This document shows positions 59,183 to 64,000 of a stretch of DNA of 64,000 bases, piece by piece. The stretch spans positions 1-64,000 of the forward strand of contig JBBQRQ010000014.1 of assembly GCA_038214755.1 (NCBI GenBank). Direction: 5' to 3'. The notes under the pieces were generated by a model that was given only the letters and a program-made list of their open reading frames with translations, made no database searches and was not told the origin of the DNA. Within the stretch, counting starts at the first letter, position 1, and every line of letters starts with the position of its first letter. The stretch comes from Verrucomicrobiota bacterium. Its GTDB lineage: Bacteria; Verrucomicrobiota; Verrucomicrobiia; Limisphaerales; CANJXF01. The translations under genes were made by a program, and so were the position numbers.

Positions 59183-61603
59183 CTACTTTGTCGGAAATGA
59201 ATTTTCCGGCCTGGCCAGTTTCATTTTCAAGTGGCCGGGACGAATTAAAAAGGTAATCGAGCCGGAATCCCGGCAATAAATGACACGAACATTTCGCTTC
59301 GCCAATCGTTCGCGCAGTTTGCGGAAGGCGCGCTCTTGCGCGGGGAATTCGGCATCGGTGACAATAATGATTCGAGGTTGAACCACGTCGAGCAACGCAT
59401 CGATTAGAGGTTCGCTCTCGCGAGGAAGCCCGGCGACGACAATGTCCGCTTTCAAATTTTTGTCGCGCTCCAGGAGAAGGTTTTGTCCAGCGCGGCTCAA
59501 ATCGGAAAGAAACAAAAATGTCGTCCCCAAAATTTCGCCGCGCAAAACAATCGGGCCATCGTCCGCCTGCGAAAATTTATCACCGGCATCGGGATGCAAA
59601 ACTTTCCAGGGGCCGACTTGGCCGCCTCGGTTTATTTGCACTTTTAAATTCGGAATTGTTCCCAGCCAGTTTTCAATCACGCGATATTCACGCGAGCGAA
59701 ATTTGACCGGACTGACGAAAACTTTTTCCACTTTGAAATCGGAAACGATATTGGTTGCGCCGCCAACATTTTTCAAATCGCCGTGAGTCAAAAGAAGTCG
59801 CGACAAACGATTCTCACCTTGCGCGCGGAGAAAAGGTTTGGTGACAAACTCCACGGAGCTTTGATTGCCGCAATCGATCAGCAAATCGTTGGCGCGCCCT
59901 GGCACATCGACGAAAACCGATTCGCCACCATTGAGCGGAAGGATGTGGAGGCGCGTCGTGGTTAATTCTCTTTGCCAATGGAAAATCCAAACGAGCGCGG
60001 TGATGGAAATCGCGAAGATGCCCCACCATTTCCAGCGCGAGGTAAAAATCCAGCCGGTCAAAATCGTCAGCAGCAAAAGGTAAGAGAAAGCGATAGTGAT
60101 CGGTGCGGGCGTGGAGACATAAAAATATCCGGCGGGCAAATCAGCCGACCATTTACTGAGGTCGATGATGCAGTTCATCAAAAACCAATTCGTGTGGTTG
60201 AAAAGCTCGGCCACGGCGGGCAACCAGCCGAAACCCAAACTGCCCACACAACTCATCAGCAACAACATCGTCAGTGGGACGACCAGAAAATTGGCGGGCA
60301 CGCTCACCGTCGAAAAAAGATGAAAATAATAAGCGGAGAGCGGAATCGAACCCAGCCAGGCCGCGACCGAACTGGCCAGCACACCGGAGAAAAAGTGAAT
60401 CGTCCCATTGAGTTGCTGTCGCCACGCGGGCCGGAGTCCATCCGGCAAAAACGAATCTGTTTTGAAAAAACGTTTGTGAAATTTTTCCAGCGGCGGGAGA
60501 AGGAGCGCCATGCAAAGCACGACGAAAAATGAAAGCTGAAATCCGGCCTGGAAAAGTTGTTGCGGTTGCCAGAGCAAAATAAGAAAGGCGGCGGCGAAAA
60601 GAGAATTCAATAAATTGCCTGGACGATGGATCGACCAGCCGATGATGACGATGGTCATCATGATGGCGGAACGGATCGCGGAGGCCGGCCAGCCGGTCGC
60701 GCCGGTGTAAAACCAGATCAGTGGAATGACGAGCAAACCGCAGAGGCCGCGCGGAATTTGGAGTGCGCGAAAAAGAACGATCAAAATTCCCGAGACAATG
60801 GCAATGCGCAGACCATCGACCGCGAAAATGTGGTAGGTGCCGGCGCGCATGAAAGGCTCTTCGGCTTCGACGGTGAAAGCGGTTTTCCAGTCGAGCGCCA
60901 ACGCCCAGATCAGGCGGAGCGATTCGTCTTCCTCGGGCAAACCGAGGGACAAAGTTTTTTTCGACCACGCCAGAAATCGGTCGGAGAAGGGCGGAGTATT
61001 GGAATGATTTTTTTCATCGAGAATTTTCCAGTCATTCGTCGAAGTCGTGGTGAGTTGATAATAAATTTCCTGGCGGCGCAGATAATTCCGGTAGTCGAAC
61101 AAGCCCTCTGCCACGGCTGATTTGGGGCGTTGGAGCACGCCGATAACCTCGACGGTTTGCCCGCCGAAAAAATTACGGGAAAGCGTGTCGGGCGTCGTGA
61201 CGAGAATTTTTCCGAAGGTGCGATGCCACTGACCATTTTTGAAATAAAAATCCGTTTCGATTTTGGAAATGGAGCGCCACGATTCCTCCTCGTCGCGCAT
61301 GAAAATTTTTTGCCGGGGCGTCGCGCAAAGTTTTCCGCGAACGGTCACTAGTTCGATCCGATTTCCGATTTGTTTCCGCAGATCGAAGGGAGAAATGATT
61401 TCGGTGTGAAAAACGGCGTTGGTCCAGCCGACCAAAAAAATGGCTGGCCAAAATAAAATGGGACCAGCGGGAGAAAAGGTGAGCGCGATACCGACCAGGA
61501 AAAAAGAAATCAGAAACAGCCAAGGCAAAGGCAGAGAGAAATATTCGGCGAGGACAATTCCGCCGACATAAACCAGCGCCACAATGGCGAGCGGACGTTT
61601 CAC
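59183..61603 (-). CDS. comEC: ComEC/Rec2 competence protein
   Basis: FDYRNYL, GTYHIFAVDGL, SAIRS, GFQLSF, MBL-like LTHGD. Start is GTG 61603 or 61615. Confidence 0.9.
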   Translation of the reverse strand: MKRPLAIVALVYVGGIVLAEYFSLPLPWLFLISFFLVGIALTFSPAGPILFWPAIFLVGWTNAVFHTEIISPFDLRKQIGNRIELVTVRGKLCATPRQKIFMRDEEESWRSISKIETDFYFKNGQWHRTFGKILVTTPDTLSRNFFGGQTVEVIGVLQRPKSAVAEGLFDYRNYLRRQEIYYQLTTTSTNDWKILDEKNHSNTPPFSDRFLAWSKKTLSLGLPEEDESLRLIWALALDWKTAFTVEAEEPFMRAGTYHIFAVDGLRIAIVSGILIVLFRALQIPRGLCGLLVIPLIWFYTGATGWPASAIRSAIMMTIVIIGWSIHRPGNLLNSLFAAAFLILLWQPQQLFQAGFQLSFFVVLCMALLLPPLEKFHKRFFKTDSFLPDGLRPAWRQQLNGTIHFFSGVLASSVAAWLGSIPLSAYYFHLFSTVSVPANFLVVPLTMLLLMSCVGSLGFGWLPAVAELFNHTNWFLMNCIIDLSKWSADLPAGYFYVSTPAPITIAFSYLLLLTILTGWIFTSRWKWWGIFAISITALVWIFHWQRELTTTRLHILPLNGGESVFVDVPGRANDLLIDCGNQSSVEFVTKPFLRAQGENRLSRLLLTHGDLKNVGGATNIVSDFKVEKVFVSPVKFRSREYRVIENWLGTIPNLKVQINRGGQVGPWKVLHPDAGDKFSQADDGPIVLRGEILGTTFLFLSDLSRAGQNLLLERDKNLKADIVVAGLPRESEPLIDALLDVVQPRIIIVTDAEFPAQERAFRKLRERLAKRNVRVIYCRDSGSITFLIRPGHLKMKLARPENSFPTK

Positions 61604-61608
61604 TTGAG

Positions 61609-62121
61609 TTACCAACGTTTAAACCAGCGACCCATTTCCCAGAGTAAAAACATGGACGCGATTGCTCCGCCCGTGTCGATCAGCACATCGCGGAGAGAGG
61701 CTTCGCGCGACACGACGAAATATTGATGAAACTCATCGGTCGAGGCGTAGCAGGCGGAAAACAAAATGGCGAGACGCGCGTCCCGCCAGTTCCACGGTCG
61801 GGCGGCAGTGGGAGATTTGCTTCGAATCGCTCGCCAAATTAGAAGACACAGAATTCCATATTCGGCGGCGTGACCGCATTTGCGAACAATGAATTGGACG
61901 CGGTTGATGGTCACATCGGTCACGTTCGGATTGAGCCAGCGCAAAATGGGGCCGATGAGCCGGGAGGTGTTTCGCGGCGCGCCCAAGTCGGTTGATCCGC
62001 CGAAAATCAAACCCATCCAAATGATAACGGGGAGAAAATATTTGAAAAACGTGGCGGCGCGCACCGGCGGATGAAGCAGGGGCAATTTGCGATTGGCAAT
62101 GAATTTCTTGAGAAAAGACAA
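61609..62121 (-). CDS. VanZ-family membrane protein
   Basis: RKCGHAAEYGIL, DEFHQ.FV..R.AS..DV.ID. Start is uncertain. Confidence 0.85.
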   Translation of the reverse strand: MSFLKKFIANRKLPLLHPPVRAATFFKYFLPVIIWMGLIFGGSTDLGAPRNTSRLIGPILRWLNPNVTDVTINRVQFIVRKCGHAAEYGILCLLIWRAIRSKSPTAARPWNWRDARLAILFSACYASTDEFHQYFVVSREASLRDVLIDTGGAIASMFLLWEMGRWFKRW

Positions 62122-62298
62122 CTACAGAGGCACAGAGAAGGGGCGGGACGATTTCTTTTTTTTGCTCTGTGCCTCCGTACCTCTGTGATTTTCTCGGAAT
62201 CCCCACACAACCCGATGCTCTCCCTGGCAAGACAGCGCAATTCGCGAAATCCGGTTGGCTTGCCAACGCCAACGTTCTCTGGCACTCCAATGCGCCGC

Positions 62299-63894
62299 AT
62301 GAAAAAGGTGATGTTCATTTGTTTAGTTTTTGGGATTTCAATTTTCACAAAACTTTTCGCCGCGTCCGATCATCCGCTGGCGAGCTATCATTTTGTGGGC
62401 GGCGCGGCTCTGGCGGGCAACACGAATGCGGCCAAGCTCAGAAAGATTTGGGCGATGCCCGAAAGCGTCACCCTGCGCAACGACGTGGTGGAAAAACTGG
62501 CGCGAGCCTCGTTAAAAATTCTCGGCGCAAATTCATCGGATAAAAATAACGCCGCGCTCCTCCGTCCTTTGTTCGACGATTTGCTCGCGGCGGAATCCTG
62601 GGCGGAGCTTCGTCACCAATCCGGGCTGGAGTTTTTTCTAGCAGTGCGATTGAACGAAACGCGTGCGCGGATTTGGGAAACGAACTTGCTTCGCGTGGTC
62701 AAAGAGAAACCATCGCCGTTCAAAACAGATGCAGCTTCGGGATGGCAAACGAAAATCAATGGCGGGACCAACCTTGTTAAATTTACGCGCGCGGGCAAAT
62801 GGACGTTTGTTTTCATCGCAGGAGAGCACTCCGAGGAGCAATCGGATTTCATCAAGCGAATCGAAAAAAAATCCACCTCTGGAACAAATTGGCTCGAAGC
62901 AGACGTGGATTGGCCACGGCTTCACCCGTGGTTGCCTTTGAATTTCTCTCCGTTCAAAACCGCGCGGACGGAAATGAAAATCGCGAGTCGCGGCGGGGAA
63001 GATTTGCGCACGACGATTCGCGCGACCTATCCCGAAAAGATCGACTGGAAATCCGCCCCGTGGAAAATTCCGACGCACGTCATTCGCGATCCATTGATCA
63101 GTTTCACCGCAGCGCAAAATCCTGCGCCCTTTTTCAAACCGTCGTTTTCACTCCTGCAACTCAAACCCAATCCGCTGACGAACCAGCTTTATTTCTGGGC
63201 GTTGTCGCAGATGCCGTTTCTCTCCTACGTCGCTTTGCCCGTGAGCAACGCGACGAACATCTCGAAAATTTACGCGCCGCAATTGGCCGCTGCTTTCAAT
63301 GAGACCTTGCGGCAACGAGACGGTGGCACGCTCGAAGTGGCGAGCAATCGCGTGGATCTTTTTTGGAAAGGTTTGCCGATCATCGTTCCCTTTTTGAGTC
63401 CGGCCAAACCGACGAATGGCCAGGAGCTTTTGCTGGGCGGAATTTTTCCGGTCGTGCCCAGCACCAATAATCCGCCGGCGGAATTGTTCAGCCAAATCGT
63501 CGGACGCAACGATCTGGTTTTCTACGATTGGGAAATAACGGAAACACGACTCGGCCAATGGCTGTCCCTGAGCCAAATGCTTCCATTTTTTTCCAGAGAA
63601 CTTTTCCTCGGAAAAAATCCCGGGCAAAAAAGATATACCGCCGCAAAAGTGCCCGAACAACTGTGGCTCCGCGCCATCGGCCCGCTGTTGGGAAACACCA
63701 TTACCGAAGTGACCTTCAAAGCGCCCAACGAACTGAATCTCGTGCGCAAATCACCCATCGGACTGAACAGCCTCGAACTGGTTTTGCTTTCACATTGGCT
63801 GGCGCATCCGAATTTTCCTTCGATCAATCCATTCGTCACTGTGCCTGGGGCGGAAACCGTTCCCGCCGGAAAATCCCCGCCAAAAAAGCCGTAG
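62299..63894 (+). CDS. Hypothetical secreted protein
   Basis: Long ORF with a signal peptide from MKKVMF. Confidence 0.7.
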   Translation: MKKVMFICLVFGISIFTKLFAASDHPLASYHFVGGAALAGNTNAAKLRKIWAMPESVTLRNDVVEKLARASLKILGANSSDKNNAALLRPLFDDLLAAESWAELRHQSGLEFFLAVRLNETRARIWETNLLRVVKEKPSPFKTDAASGWQTKINGGTNLVKFTRAGKWTFVFIAGEHSEEQSDFIKRIEKKSTSGTNWLEADVDWPRLHPWLPLNFSPFKTARTEMKIASRGGEDLRTTIRATYPEKIDWKSAPWKIPTHVIRDPLISFTAAQNPAPFFKPSFSLLQLKPNPLTNQLYFWALSQMPFLSYVALPVSNATNISKIYAPQLAAAFNETLRQRDGGTLEVASNRVDLFWKGLPIIVPFLSPAKPTNGQELLLGGIFPVVPSTNNPPAELFSQIVGRNDLVFYDWEITETRLGQWLSLSQMLPFFSRELFLGKNPGQKRYTAAKVPEQLWLRAIGPLLGNTITEVTFKAPNELNLVRKSPIGLNSLELVLLSHWLAHPNFPSINPFVTVPGAETVPAGKSPPKKP

Positions 63895-63900
63895 CCAGCC

Positions 63901-64000
63901 ATGCTCAAACTCGGAGTCAACATCGATCATGTCGCGACGTTGCGTGAAGCGCGCTATCGCGGCCGAGGCTACGGAGAACCCGACGCGAGTGAAGCGGCGA
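63901..64000 (+). CDS. pdxJ: Pyridoxine 5'-phosphate synthase (5' part)
   Basis: MLKLGVNIDHVATLREAR..EPD. Confidence 0.92.
   Translation, partial: MLKLGVNIDHVATLREARYRGRGYGEPDASEAA

Overview
Bacterial chromosomal window. Gene content (PVC-type CxxCH protein, exosortase/EpsI, Tat-exported sugar enzymes) suggests the PVC group, probably Verrucomicrobia; this is inference. Core and metabolic genes are tkt, gltS, a UDP-glucuronate decarboxylase/sugar transferase/exosortase EPS cluster, comM, a sugar catabolism cluster, miaB, comEC and the start of pdxJ. They are interleaved with a dense accessory layer: at least 7 toxin-antitoxin-type modules (several with broken toxins), two type II R-M systems (BglII-like and KpnI-like HNH), an orphan Pycsar-type effector, an IS110 end, and many palindromic and heptamer repeats. 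Two candidate systems stand out. (1) A 2.1-kb array of inverted CCCTCTCCC hairpins with ABC-ABC spacers, ending in a unit that holds a DUF559 nuclease gene; an IS110 has inserted into the same repeat family. (2) Two paralogous islands, each with a divergent Xre regulator, a secreted Ig-domain protein ending in a metacaspase-like His-Gly/Asp-x-Cys domain, and a tightly coupled PepSY-like partner. One island is bracketed by a 609-bp duplication of the tkt 3' end. No tRNA, rRNA or CRISPR array was recognised. All family assignments come from motif recognition by eye; no searches were run.
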